From: the human T2T-CHM13v2.0 reference genome, Homo sapiens
Assembly: GCF_009914755.1 (NCBI RefSeq)
Contig: NC_060933.1
Length of the DNA: 64,000 nucleotides
Direction: 5' to 3' (one strand)
Part shown: positions 20,130-38,830 of the stretch, piece by piece
How positions within the stretch are numbered: position 1 is the stretch's first letter
Layout: every line of letters starts with the position of its first letter
Notes under the pieces: model-generated
The model's database searches: none
The model's input: the letters and a program-made list of their open reading frames with translations, nothing else
What the model was told of the DNA's origin: nothing
Made by a program: the position numbers and the translations under genes

Positions 20130-20849
20130 AGAAACATTCCTTGTTAAAAAAAACACTCTCATAGGTCCAGCCACCCACACAGACACAGATGCAGCTGCAC
20201 ACTGAGACACACATCCAAGCTCATGGACAAATGGAGTTGCACAGAGACACAATCACTCCCACAAACACAGCTCTACAAATTGAGATTGTTGATAATAGTT
20301 GTGATTGCCACAGTCACCAGGGGCACAATTCCTCCCATACTCCACACATCCTACAAGAAGCCACCATGAGGTGACAGTGACAGGTGAGCTGAGAGGAGGG
20401 TTGGCTCCAGAAGCTACAGCTGTAAACCCTGGGATCCCCAGGTCACTCTACTTGGGGCTCAGAGGTCAGCCTGACCCTTCTCTCTTATCTTCACAAGGCA
20501 GGGGCTGAGGAGCAGCAGCTTTGCAGTACACAGGGCTCCTGAATGTCCCGAGTTGGAGGTGGCACCAGTCACCTCCTCCATCAAACTGGTCCCTAGAGAG
20601 GAAGGATAACAAGCCCCACAGCCAGGCTGCCTTGTGCCCCAGGGATGAAGGCCACAAGAAGAGGTTGTTGCCTCTGGGGAAAAGCTAAGGTGCTCTCAGG
20701 GCTGTAAACCCCATAAGCATGGCCAATCATTCCTTCCTCAGACCCTCCAGTGTCAAGCCACTCCTGGGCCCTGCTGCTGTTCCTATGATGTGCAGAACCC
20801 AGAGGGTACACCTGGGGACAAGGGGCCAGGCTGCAGAGTGTGCAGATCT

Positions 20850-21490
20850 GTCTTCCTGTGTGTGACTGTGTGCATGAGTCATATGTGTGAGTATAAGAGT
20901 ATGTGCTGTTTGCGAGGCTGTGATTATTACCATCACTGCACAATCGTTTCATTGTAGGGGGTAGGAGGCAGTGTGTATGTGCATATGCCCCTCTAGCATG
21001 GCACATCTCTGCCATGATCCACCATGAACCTACGTGAGTGCAGCCGTGTATGTGAAGGTGTGAGGCTGTGTGCAAAGATGTGATTGTATGATCACTGAGG
21101 GGATTGGGTGTGGCTGGGCATGCATGGATGGGCACTGGGCAGAGTGCTCACACACAGTAAGCAGTCAATGAGAACATGAATGTGCATGATGGGTCACAGC
21201 AGCTGTGCATGGCGCTATGTCTCCATCAAGAGGAGTATGTGAATGATTGTCACCCTCTGGCCTTAGTGCCATTTTGTGATTGCATTTGGCCATGTGTGTA
21301 TGTGTATGACGATCTTGGCTTCTGAATCCTGAGGTAATGGTTGTCTGCCTACTTTGCTGTGAATGCATGTGCTGGCTCCACATTTCTGTATATGACTGAT
21401 TGTGCCTATGTATTTGCAGAGACCAGCTTGAGGATGCACATGTCTGCGTGCCTGCATGTGCGTTTCCAACTACATTTGAATGTTTCTACA
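20850..21490. repeat. Degenerate (TG)n/(TGCA)n low-complexity region
   Basis: Dense tgtg/gcat alternating purine-pyrimidine sequence. Confidence 0.6.
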
Positions 21491-22042
21491 AACATCTTTG
21501 TATATTTGAACGCTTCTTGGGACCAATTTAGACACAGGTCAGAGCAGGTCCATTTTCCAAAAGCAATTCTATAAACAGGTTTCCCCTTCCATCCTACCCA
21601 ATCATCCTGATCCTCTTCCCCTCCAGGAAAGTGAGAAAGAATTAGGGGCTTAAGAAAAGATGCTTTAGAGGAAGCTAACGCCAGAGATTCTTCTTAACCA
21701 ATGGAGGAAAAAAGGAATACGATAGGGTAGGGAGGTCCTTCATTGATTTTTTTTTAATAGAGAAAGATGTGGAAATAAATTAAAAGATCATTTCCCTGTA
21801 AAGGTGGTTTCAGCACAGTCTTCAGCAAACCTGTGCCCTAAAATTCCTCTCAGTTACTTCAATTCTCTTCTTACAGAATTGCCCAAGATTTCTGCAATGA
21901 AATTCAGACAGGAAAAAAACTGAGACATTGAAAACAAGTTGCCTCTCTCCTTAAGAGTCAAGTCGCTATGCCTGGGCAGATGTGTCCATCTGTCCACAGG
22001 AGTTTCTCACCCTGTGATGTGCATCTGCTTGGTGCTCAGTAA

Positions 22043-22421
<379 letters not shown>

Positions 22422-23002
22422 TAAGTCTGAAAATATCTGTATTCTTTACTCACACTTGAGTAGTATTTTTGCTGAGTGAAGAATTCCAAGTTCGAAATGC
22501 TTTTTTTCAGAATTTGAATATTGTTAAACTGTTCTATAATCTACTGTTGAATTGAAACATTTGATGGCAATCTAATTACATGGATATCATCAGTTCATTG
22601 CACCCCATGCCCTTAGGAAGTACTGGAGTCTCCTCTTCATTTCCAGTGTTCTAAAATTCCACTATTTGTGTCTAGGTGTTGTGAGTTCATATTCATTTCA
22701 ATGTAAACATATGTGCTCTTCAGATTTTTTTTCTAGAGTTTCTTTCTTATGTTTCTCTCCTCCATCTTGGTTTGGTTTCATTTTTTCTTTTCCAAAATAA
22801 ATGTCCATTGGCCAGATCTTTCTGTGTCGAACCTCACTCTGTTTCATCTTTTCTTTCATATTTTCCTCCTTCCCTGATCTACATCTTGTGCAATATCTTT
22901 TGTTCTATTTTTGCTTAAATCACAAACTATCAAAGTTGGACGTGACCTTGCAGATGAGTTACTTCAATTCTCTTATTTCGCAGGTTGAAAGTCTAAGGCC
23001 CC

Positions 23003-23340
<338 letters not shown>

Positions 23341-23474
23341 CTAAACTCTTGATATTTTCCCATGGCCAGGAAGCCTTGAACAATTTATCCCCTCACCTTT
23401 TCCGTTAGACATCGGGGAGGTGACCCATCAATAGAAAGGAGCCCTTCAGGTTCCAGGCGAATAACCAGCCTGCC

Positions 23475-24425
23475 ATGGAGGCTGCCAATGAGTCTTCAGA
23501 GGGAATCTCATTCGTTTTATTGGGACTGACAACAAGTCCTGGACAGCAGCGGCCTCTCTTTGTGCTGTTCTTGCTCTTGTATGTGGCCAGCCTCCTGGGT
23601 AATGGACTCATTGTGGCTGCCATCCAGGCCAGTCCAGCCCTTCATGCACCCATGTACTTCCTGCTGGCCCACCTGTCCTTTGCTGACCTCTGCTTCGCCT
23701 CCGTCACTGTGCCCAAGATGTTGGCCAACTTGTTGGCCCATGACCACTCCATCTCGCTGGCTGGCTGCCTGACCCAAATGTACTTCTTCTTTGCCCTGGG
23801 GGTAACTGATAGCTGTCTTCTGGCGGCCATGGCCTATGACTGCTACGTGGCCATCCGGCACCCCCTCCCCTATGCCACGAGGATGTCCCGGGCCATGTGC
23901 GCAGCCCTGGTGGGAATGGCATGGCTGGTGTCCCACGTCCACTCCCTCCTGTATATCCTGCTCATGGCTCGCTTGTCCTTCTGTGCTTCCCACCAAGTGC
24001 CCCACTTCTTCTGTGACCACCAGCCTCTCTTAAGGCTCTCGTGCTCTGACACCCACCACATCCAGCTGCTCATCTTCACCGAGGGCGCCGCAGTGGTGGT
24101 CACTCCCTTCCTGCTCATCCTCGCCTCCTATGGGGCCATCGCAGCTGCCGTGCTCCAGCTGCCCTCAGCCTCTGGGAGGCTCCGGGCTGTGTCCACCTGT
24201 GGCTCCCACCTGGCTGTGGTGAGCCTCTTCTATGGGACAGTCATTGCAGTCTACTTCCAGGCCACATCCCGACGCGAGGCAGAGTGGGGCCGTGTGGCCA
24301 CTGTCATGTACACTGTAGTCACCCCCATGCTGAACCCCATCATCTACAGCCTCTGGAATCGCGATGTACAGGGGGCACTCCGAGCCCTTCTCATTGGGCG
24401 AAGGATCTCAGCTAGTGACTCCTGA
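23475..24425 (+). CDS. OR1K1: Olfactory receptor 1K1, single coding exon, 316 aa
   Basis: Intact 7TM ORF with [36 protein letters not shown]; strong Kozak gccATGg; acceptor ccttttccgttag at 23407-23408. Confidence 0.95.
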
Positions 24426-24663
24426 GGGCAGGACCCCACTGAGGACAGACTGCATCACCCACACTGGCAACTGTTGAACGTGACCCTCTGTCCTCTGCTA
24501 TGCTCAAAAATCATAACAGCTGTCATTTCCTGAGCACCTGCCCGGAAGCAGATCCTTGCCTGATCTCATTTTATTCCCACAGCCACCCAGGATGCAGATA
24601 TTATGATCCGGTTTTACACACAAGAAAATTTGTCTTTAGGCTCAAAGATAAGAAGTGACTTTC

Positions 24664-24955
24664 CAGCCAGGCACAGCGGCTCACGCCTGTAATCCCAGCA
24701 CTTTGAGAAGCCGAGGTGGTGGATCACCTGAGGTCGAGAGTTCAAGATCAGCCTGGCCAACATGGCGAAACCCTGTCTCTATTACAAATACCAAAATTAG
24801 CCAAGCATGGCGGCGCACAACTGTAATCCCATCTACTCGGGAGACTGAGGCAAGAGAATCACTTGAACCCAAAAGATGAAGATTGAAGTGAGCTAAGATT
24901 GTGCCACTGAGCTCCAGCCTGGGCAACAGAGCAAGACTCCATCTCAAAAAAAAAA
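24664..24955 (+). mobile_element. AluS
   Basis: Full dimer; TSD aagaagtgactttc. Confidence 0.9.
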
Positions 24956-27485
24956 GAAGTGACTTTCTCAAATTCACACAGTTCTTAGAAAGCAAAACCT
25001 GCACCCCTTCTGCCACATCATGCTCTTCTGATGATCACTCTTAGGCATTTAGAATGCATTCCACCATTTCCTACAGACCGAGGGCAATCCAGGAGGGTGT
25101 GACATCCGCAGAACATGCCTTGTGTGGATGAGCACTTTCTCTTCAGTCATATGGCCATGTGTTCTCAAATAAATTGACTTCTCAACTGGGACTGGAATAG
25201 AGAAATTCACACACTCATGTGTGAAGGGCCAGCCCCTCCTAATGAGCTCAGTGTGGCACACAGGAGGCCCTCTGCACATCTAATATGAATAAATGACTCT
25301 GTGTTCATACTAACATGCATTTAGAAGAAGTCCGTTCTTCTAATTCTTTGTTCTTTCCCTTGTTTGCTATCATGGCACCTGTTCTGCCCCACCTGGCATT
25401 CTGTAGAAGGAGCACGTTGTGGACACGCACAGTCATGAATAAACAAAGCAAAGCTGAGAAGGAGGAGGCATAGGTGTTAGGGGCAGATGGAGCAAGCATT
25501 GGATAAGTCTTTATCGTATGCCAGCACTTCACTTATTTTTACCCACAAAAAGTATGGGTACTCTTATTGCCACTTTATGAATGAGGAAACTGAGGCTCAA
25601 AGCTGGTAACCTAGTCAGTGTCAGAGCCAGAACAAGCCCTTATGCCACATGGGTCATGCAGGTGTGTTTTAATGGGCCCCATAGAATCCACACGCCAGGT
25701 TTTGGTGTCTCAGTGGAAGCACTTGCAGGAAGAAGTCTCAGACCAGGGCAGGTTCGCTGCCTCAAGTAAGGACACATTTTGGGGTCTGAAAAGGCCTCAT
25801 GGTGCCCAAGTTTTTACCAAACAGGTATGTGAGGCAGGAGCTTTTAGGTCTCTGTTTCTCTAAGAAATCTGCACCCACTTCCCCATCCCCTAGTCCCAAC
25901 TCCACTCCTACCCCCATTCCGCTGCTCCAGAGAGAAGGAGAGAGAGCTACAGCGATCCTAGAGCCAGGTTAGCAATAGCCCCTTCCAGATCACACAGGTG
26001 AGCTGCCACCGCCCAGTCCCAGAGCTGCTACACTATGCTGTTTAGATCAAAAAGGACCTTAAAGGTCTTTAGACTGGTAGCTTTAATCAAAAAAAAAAAA
26101 AAAAAAAAAAAAAACCAAAACAAACAGAAAACAACAACAAAAACACGTTATTTACATAGAAACACAATCTGTAAAACAGGGTGGGGGAGAAGCCATGCAG
26201 TGTGGATGAGGGAGGGTGAAAGGAGGCCCAGAATCCACCGTCGATGCTTCTCCCCACCCCCACTTTGAAAGGTCTTTGATCAAACCGAACACCTTCACTT
26301 GATAAATGGGGAAACTGAGGCCCAGAGTGGTTAAGGGACCTGCTCAAGATCACACAAAGTCAGTGGCAAACTTCGGGCTTCCTTGTTCAACCTGCCAGTG
26401 CCCCAAAGCCTGGCCCTGCCATGACATAGAGACCATCCTTTCCCAGCCTCCCTTCCTCCCTCCCACGCCCAGGTTATTTGTTTGTGCTGTGATGCCAGAT
26501 CCTTGCTACTCTGTCAATAACTTGTCCCCTGGCCCCATGATCGACTTCCTCCGCTCTGCCTTCTCTAAAGCTTCAAAAACATACCGGCCATGATGCACAT
26601 TCACTTGTGCCTGGAAACACCTGCACCACCAGCCCTGCCCTATGGCTTGGAGTCAGCTGCTGACCATCAGGGTCCTTGCGTGAGGCATCTCTGGGTCCCT
26701 TGAACCTAGCACAGAGAACATGCCTGTGACGTGCTGTGGCCTTGTGCGTCTCATGATCTTCCAGGTGAGTCATCCGCATCAGGAAGGGGAAAGGGGCACG
26801 GAAGAGTCAGGGGGTTGTTAGTGCTCCTGTTTTCCAGGCCACCAGCCCTGCCCCAGCCATTCTGCTCAGATTTCAACCCAAGAACAGGCCGCATCACTGA
26901 AGGGGCAGCTAACTCTCACTGGTCCCCACTGCCGACAGGGTAGCTTCTGTCCCTGGACTCAGACCAGCAAGCTACCTCTGCCTCAGCATGGTCAGTGCCT
27001 TCTACAGAATCACCACGACCAGAAGCACAAGCTCTTCCGGGTCCCACAATAGCCCAGTGCCAAACCCCCATTTTGGATATCAGGAAACTGATTCTCAAAG
27101 AAGTGAGGAGACCTGTCCTTGTTCCTTCTGCCGGCCAATTTAAGTTGTAATTCTCCTGTCCTCGGTATCATTCTCTTTTCACTACACCATAAATCAATGT
27201 TAATTAATGTGTATTGATCACTTGCTCTGTGCCAGGCACTGGGTTACATGCTTAATCTATCTCCAGACAACCTGGGGAAAACAAGGAGAAGGGAATGGTG
27301 GGAGCGTCAATAGCCCAGTCTCCAGGCATGTGGCTCCCTGGACCACCGTCCCACCCCACCCCACCCCAACTAGACCTGACCTCTTGTTTTACTTTGGTTA
27401 GCCCTAGAAGATGAAGTGATCTGGAGACAAGATGAGGAATCCATCCTTTCTCTGTCCCCAGAGAGGCCACTAAAGACTTCATAAG

Positions 27486-27947
<462 letters not shown>

Positions 27948-28477
27948 TCAGCTCCAGGGATTTTTGCACCCCCTCTTTGCAAGGTCTTTGAGCCACACGA
28001 GGAAATCTACCTCTTCTCACCCGCCACATTCCCTGAGTTTATCCTCAAGTGACTTCTGGCCATTTCAGAATCAATTCATCTCACCCTCCCAGCACCGATA
28101 TTTTCAACCCTTCAGTTTATTCAGAATAATGTGTAGTGAACCACCTCCGCCAGAAAAAATAAATAATTGCACTGCAAGAAAAGAATTTCAGAGTCTGCCT
28201 CTACAGCCTCATTTGTCATGTAATCTTTGTGCATTGTAAAGTAAGGCAGCCTTCATTTCAAAGGTATAGCAATTGGGGAGATTTTAGTAGTAAAAAAAGC
28301 TCACATCACAAATGGTAAATTGATTACTCCTTCTAAGGGTACAAAGAAAATTTCTAGAACCTAAGTCTTCTTTCATGCAAGGGCTTCCACAGGGAAAATG
28401 CAGCCATTAGGGATGCAAAATAAAAACATAAAGACTTTTTCTTGATGCAAAAATGACTGCTTTAAAATACTAGCAAT

Positions 28478-28800
<323 letters not shown>

Positions 28801-29142
28801 CCTGGAAAAGCATTGATAGTCCAAGAAGCTGACAAAGCAAGCAGTTCAGCTCACTCTGAATCATTGATGCTTCCTCCAACTCACTCTATCCACAGCTCTT
28901 CTGTCCCGCTTCCTCCACATCCTTTACCTTTACATACCTGTACTGCTTTCTCCTTTTTTTGTCACATATTTTCCCACCTCCTTCCCTTTTTGTTCTCTGC
29001 TCTCTCGCTCATCTACTATTATTTACTGGTGCCAGCCCCCATACTAGGCACTAAGACTATAAATAAAGTCCTTGTCCTCACGTGCAATACAGGAACACAG
29101 TTCATGATCAAAGCCAGAAGAGAGATACAACATGCTGTGGAG

Positions 29143-29458
29143 CAGGGGTCTCCAAGCCACAGGCCACAGACAGGTACCAGTCCATGGCCTGTTAGTAGCC
29201 AGACCACACAGCAGGAGGTAAGCGGCGGGCAAGTGAGCACTACCACCTGAGCTCCTGTCAGCTCAGCGGCAGCATTAGATTCTCATAGGAGTGCAAACCC
29301 TACTGTGAACTGCACAGGCGAGGGATCTAGGTTGCCTGCTCCTTATGAGAATCTAATGCCTGATGATCTGAGGGGAACAGTTTCAGCCCAAAACCATTCC
29401 CCACCTCTGTCCATGGAAAAATTGTCTTCCCTAGTGCCAAAAAGGTTGGGGACCACTG
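29143..29458 (+). mobile_element. MER1B-type hAT-Charlie element
   Basis: TIRs caggggtctccaa / ttggggaccactg; degenerate 8-bp TSD ctgtggag / ctatagag. Confidence 0.8.
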
Positions 29459-29518
29459 CTATAGAGGAAGCATGACTTGGGTTGGAAGGGAGAGGAGAGT
29501 TAAGGAAAACTCACAGAG

Positions 29519-30280
<762 letters not shown>

Positions 30281-31210
30281 AGCTCCCATAACTATTTCTG
30301 ATATTTGCCTTTTTCACCGATGCAGTCTGGCTAGCCCCTTCAGTGTCCTGAGGGCTGATTGATCCATCAACATATACTTGCTTTCTCTGTTTGCTTTTGG
30401 GGATTTATATGTAAGTATGTCTCCGCCCGCAAGACTAGACCAATCTACCAGGGATTCTTTGAGGGTAAAAGTCAGGTTTTTCCACTGGCCTAGGAACTCC
30501 TGGAATAAGGGCCCCAGCTCCCCTTTTTCAATCTCAGGATCACATCCATGTCCTCACTATAGACACTGTTTCCTCTCCTGGTTGCCTTCTTTGGAGGCTG
30601 TCATTGAACCCACACACAGATTCAATTTAGACTGGAACATTTTCAGCTAGTCTCTGGTGAGAAGGAAAAATGAAACTGGAAAGGCATTGGTTACTGGAAG
30701 GATGACATGAGTAAAACAAATCAAATCACCATTTGTTTGGCAAAGAGCTCAACTTCACCCACACAGACACCACCACCTACTTCATTTTCTCTCCAAGGAC
30801 CACAGAACAACTGGCAGGTTGTGGAGAAACCATGACCAAGACCATCCCACACACATCACGAAATCACATCACCACAGACCTTGGAAACCATAATGACATG
30901 GTAGGAAGTTAACTCAGCACAGGCCAGATGTGGTGCCAGTGGCTTTACATTCCTTGTACTCATAACAATTTAATACTCATAACAATCCATTGTGGCACAC
31001 ATTATTGTCTCCATTTTACAGATGAGAAAATTGTGACTCAATGAGGCAACTTGCCCAAGGCTCCAAGATAAAAATCAGTGGAACTAATATTTGAGCACAG
31101 ATCTGGCTCTGGGCAGAAATGAGAGATAGCAAAAGCCCTCCCCTCCCCTGTTCTGATTCCAGACCACTCATCATGCATGAGAATCATGTGACATGCTCAT
31201 GGGAAATGCA

Positions 31211-31511
<301 letters not shown>

Positions 31512-31696
31512 AAAATTGTTTTTTAAAAAGGAAATGGGATAAGGAAAGGCTGGATGGGCTGGAGGTGCTTCCAGGCAGGTAGAGAACTCTTTGGCGTACC
31601 AAGATGATGACAAGGAACTGAGGCCTTGGGAGTAGAGGGAGAGCTACATCAAAGACAAAGCCACAGAGTAAGAGCTGCATTTCCTGACCACCAACT

Positions 31697-32073
31697 ACAG
31701 TAGTCTGCTCAGCTGCCCTAAAAAAATACCACAAACTGAGTAATGATAGAAATATATCTTGTCACAGTTCTTGAGGCTGGAGGTCCACCAACACCATGGT
31801 GCCATAAGGGTTGGTTTCTGGTGAGGGATCTCTTCCTAACTTGTAGACAGCTGCCTTCTAGCTGCATCCTAGCATGTATCTGCTCTGTGCACATGCAGAG
31901 AGCAAGGGAGCTCTGGTGTCTCTTCTTTTAAAGACAGTGGTCTTACTGGATTTGGTCCCCACCCTTATGACTCATTTAACCTTAGTTACCTCCTTCAGTG
32001 GCCCTATCTCCAAATACAGTCACTTTGGGGGTTTGGGAATTTGGGCTAGGTTGGGGACGGTTCAGTCCATAAC
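31697..32073 (-). mobile_element. MLT1-type MaLR LTR
   Basis: aaaataccacaaactgag...tcacagttcttgaggctggaggtcc...ttcagtccataaca. Confidence 0.75.
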
Positions 32074-32408
32074 ACCAACTATGGGGCAGGCACCCTTCAA
32101 CTGTTTCCAAGAGCCTCTTTTGATAAACATTATTATTGCCTGTTCATGGGTAAGGCTTCCCAGACAGTGGTAAAATTCTGAGTTCTGAGCTCTGAGTTCC
32201 TAGGTTTAAGTTCTAACTTTACTATGTACTAACTGGTTGACCTTGGGCAAATCATTTAACTAAAAAATGAGGAAAATAATATAGCTCTGAAGTGGTGAGA
32301 ATTATCTAAGAAATAAATATAAACTGCTTAGAAGCCAGGCATGGTGGCTCTCACCTGTAATCTCAGTACTTTGGGAGTCCCAGGTGGAAGGATTGCTTTA
32401 GCCCAGGA

Positions 32409-33297
32409 TGTAGGGAGACCCCCTGAAACTATTGCTACAGAATAAAAGATGAAATGCTCCTGATTATTGTAAATACAAAATTGCATGCTGGATTGTGTAA
32501 AGACAATGCCAGGTTGGACTGCCAGAACGAGCCAACAGCGCGTGATGTGCTTCCCCCTGCAGAGAACCTATGAATGGACGTGCAGTCAGGGAGGTTTCAC
32601 ATCACCAAGATTCCTATCCCAGAAAAGTAGATGTTCATAGCTCTGGGAATGGAATGGAACCCTTGTGGAAAGCCTATAAACGGATGCATGGGGGGGCGCC
32701 TGTCCATATGGATAAGATAGGGCTATAAATGCCCTCATCTTGCCACAGCTCTTCCAGGCCTCTTTAGGGTTAGGGCATACTCCCTTCTGAGAATTTCTGG
32801 TCTAACCGGTTCTCTAGCTTCACGTCCTGTTTCTATGGATTGTTTGTAACCAGCTTTTGTTGCAATTGTTACTACTGATTAATAGCTTGCTAATCATAGG
32901 TTACGGAAAGATTGTGTTTCTGTTTTAAGGCTCTGTTAGAAATTACTGATGCATGCACTATATTGTAAATTCTTATCTCTGTATACCGTACTTCTACGTA
33001 CAAATGTACTGTACTTCTACATACAAATGTTATTACTTCATCCCCATGTGACCATCTCACCTCATAATCAAATGACCCTAAATCCCTCACTAACCCACCC
33101 CCGCTGTCACTAAACTTAATAATAAATGCTGGTATATCCAGTGCATTGTTGGCACCACGGGACCAGAAGGCGGTGACCCCCCCTGGACTCAGCTTTCACT
33201 ATCTTGTGTGTGTCTATCATTTCTCAACCTGCCGATCCACCTGGGAACAAAGAGAGAGCCCCGTTGCACTGCAGGCTGCTGGCCAGATCCCACAATA
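32409..33297 (+). mobile_element. ERVK-class (HML-like) solo LTR inserted into an Alu monomer (32333-32408 plus 33298-~33400)
   Basis: Starts TG; 6-bp TSD ccagga (32403-32408 and 33298-33303), typical of betaretrovirus-like ERVs; TATA-like tataaa at ~32674 and ~32724; AATAAA at 33121. Confidence 0.8.
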
Positions 33298-33855
33298 CCA
33301 GGAATTTGAGGCTGCAGTGATCTATGGCTGCACCACTGCATTCCAGTCTTGGCAACAGAGCAAGACCCTGTTTCAAAAAACAAAACAAAACAAAACAACA
33401 GACTGAAAAACAAAGTGCTTCCTTACTCTCACTATGACAGGTCTAGGGGACACAGGTAGTAAGTCACTGGAAACAAATGGTGGGATTGGGATTTGAAACA
33501 AAGATTGTACTCTTAACTAAGAAGCTATGTCTCCTCGAGTCACCCACCTTGCAGCATCTTGGGGCTGGTGGGTGCCGCCTGCCTTCCTGTTCTCTTCTGT
33601 CTGTTTTTTTCTCCCCCTTAGTTGACCATGATCTGAAAGTCAAGTGTATATATGTTGTCTTCATCAAATACCATTTTGTTTGCTTTGTTACTCATTATTT
33701 AAAGTGTGTGTATTTAACATTTTCCCGTTCTCATTCCTAAAAACAAATTCTCTAACATTATTCTTACATGGTGCTACGTATCTCCCTCAGGCCCCTACTC
33801 TGCAGTCTGTAGCACAGCGTCCATAATGGGAGCAAAACAATTCATTCCTTCTCCT

Positions 33856-33880
33856 CTGCTGCCACCGCGTGGCCATTTTG
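33856..33880 (-). promoter_or_regulatory. Candidate CTCF site with overlapping YY1 core
   Basis: Minus strand reads caaaaTGGCCACGCGGTGGCAGcag versus CTCF consensus TGGCCACCAGGTGGCAG; CAAAATGGC is a YY1 core. Confidence 0.6.
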
Positions 33881-34372
33881 CATTATAACCCGCATTTCTG
33901 CAAAGTAACCAGGAGGTAACAACCTCTTTGGCAAGGCTGAGGATTTAACTTGATCTTGTTTGTTACCTGGTTCTCAGTGAGCATAGGTAGTAGACGTCTA
34001 ATTAAAAATATGTAACATTTATGGAAACATGATATAAGAGATGATCTTCTGCCCTATTGTGGTGAATTCCAGCCTACTCATGTTGCCTTGGGGATTTTCC
34101 CCACTGAAGGAGCATATATTAACTGATGCCAGCTCAGATCAGAGATCAGAGATGACAGGACACAGTCCCTGTCCCCAAGGAAATACTAGTCTGGTCTGTA
34201 AACAAATCCAGTTCAACTTTGGCTACCACACACGCTGAAGACAGAGTTACCCTACAGAAAAGAGAGACAGAGCTATTCAAGTCACCAGGATTTCCCATCT
34301 CACACTTCGGAAAAACTTTAAATATTTCTTTAAGTTGAATTAAAATAATAGCATGATGACAACAATAGATAA

Positions 34373-34734
<362 letters not shown>

Positions 34735-34975
34735 TGACCTCTTATCCCAACTACTGTTATCCCCCTTGTACAGGTGGGAAAATGGAGGCAAGGCTAGTGT
34801 TGGATGGACCCAGGTTTTGAGCCCCCATTTTCTTAACCAGTGTTGCCATCACCTGTAGGAAGACATGTCACAGTATGACTGCCTCTCTCTGAAGAGACAG
34901 CAAAGACTTAGGATCCAGAGAGGATGTGAGGTTTGAGCTGAATTTTCAAGGATAAATAGGATTTATTTGAGTTGA

Positions 34976-35337
<362 letters not shown>

Positions 35338-35727
35338 TTAATAAGTGGGATCAGGGTTTTGTAGAGGATGGATAGTTTAAAAAAAAAAAACAAAAAACTG
35401 ATGACCTCTATGGATCTAAGGAATGTTTGCTAGGTGCCTCACCATGCTAAGAACTTTAGCTCATTGAACACTTCCAGCCACCCTGTGAGATAGTTGCTAT
35501 GATTATCCTCACTTGGGAGATCACAGCTCAGAGACACCAAGAAATTTAACCACAAGCATTCACAATCCAAAATAAATTCTTGGAGTGGAGGGAATCAATG
35601 GGAGTGAGGCTTCTCTGAGAACACAACTTCATATTCTGTTGGCTTTTAAACTGGGTAAATGTTTTATATGCTCAAAAAGGTGGAACCAAAAAGGATGTAT
35701 TGGAAAAAAAAAAAAAAGCAAACGCTA

Positions 35728-38830
<3,103 letters not shown>

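Noticed and set aside
20593-21135. 180-aa His/Thr/Cys-rich minus-strand ORF
   Set aside because: Composition is explained by translation of the TG/CA low-complexity tract
23517-24118. Antisense ORFs over OR1K1 (and 12932-13225 over OR5C1)
   Set aside because: Expected by-products of GC-rich codon usage on the opposite strand; no recognisable domain
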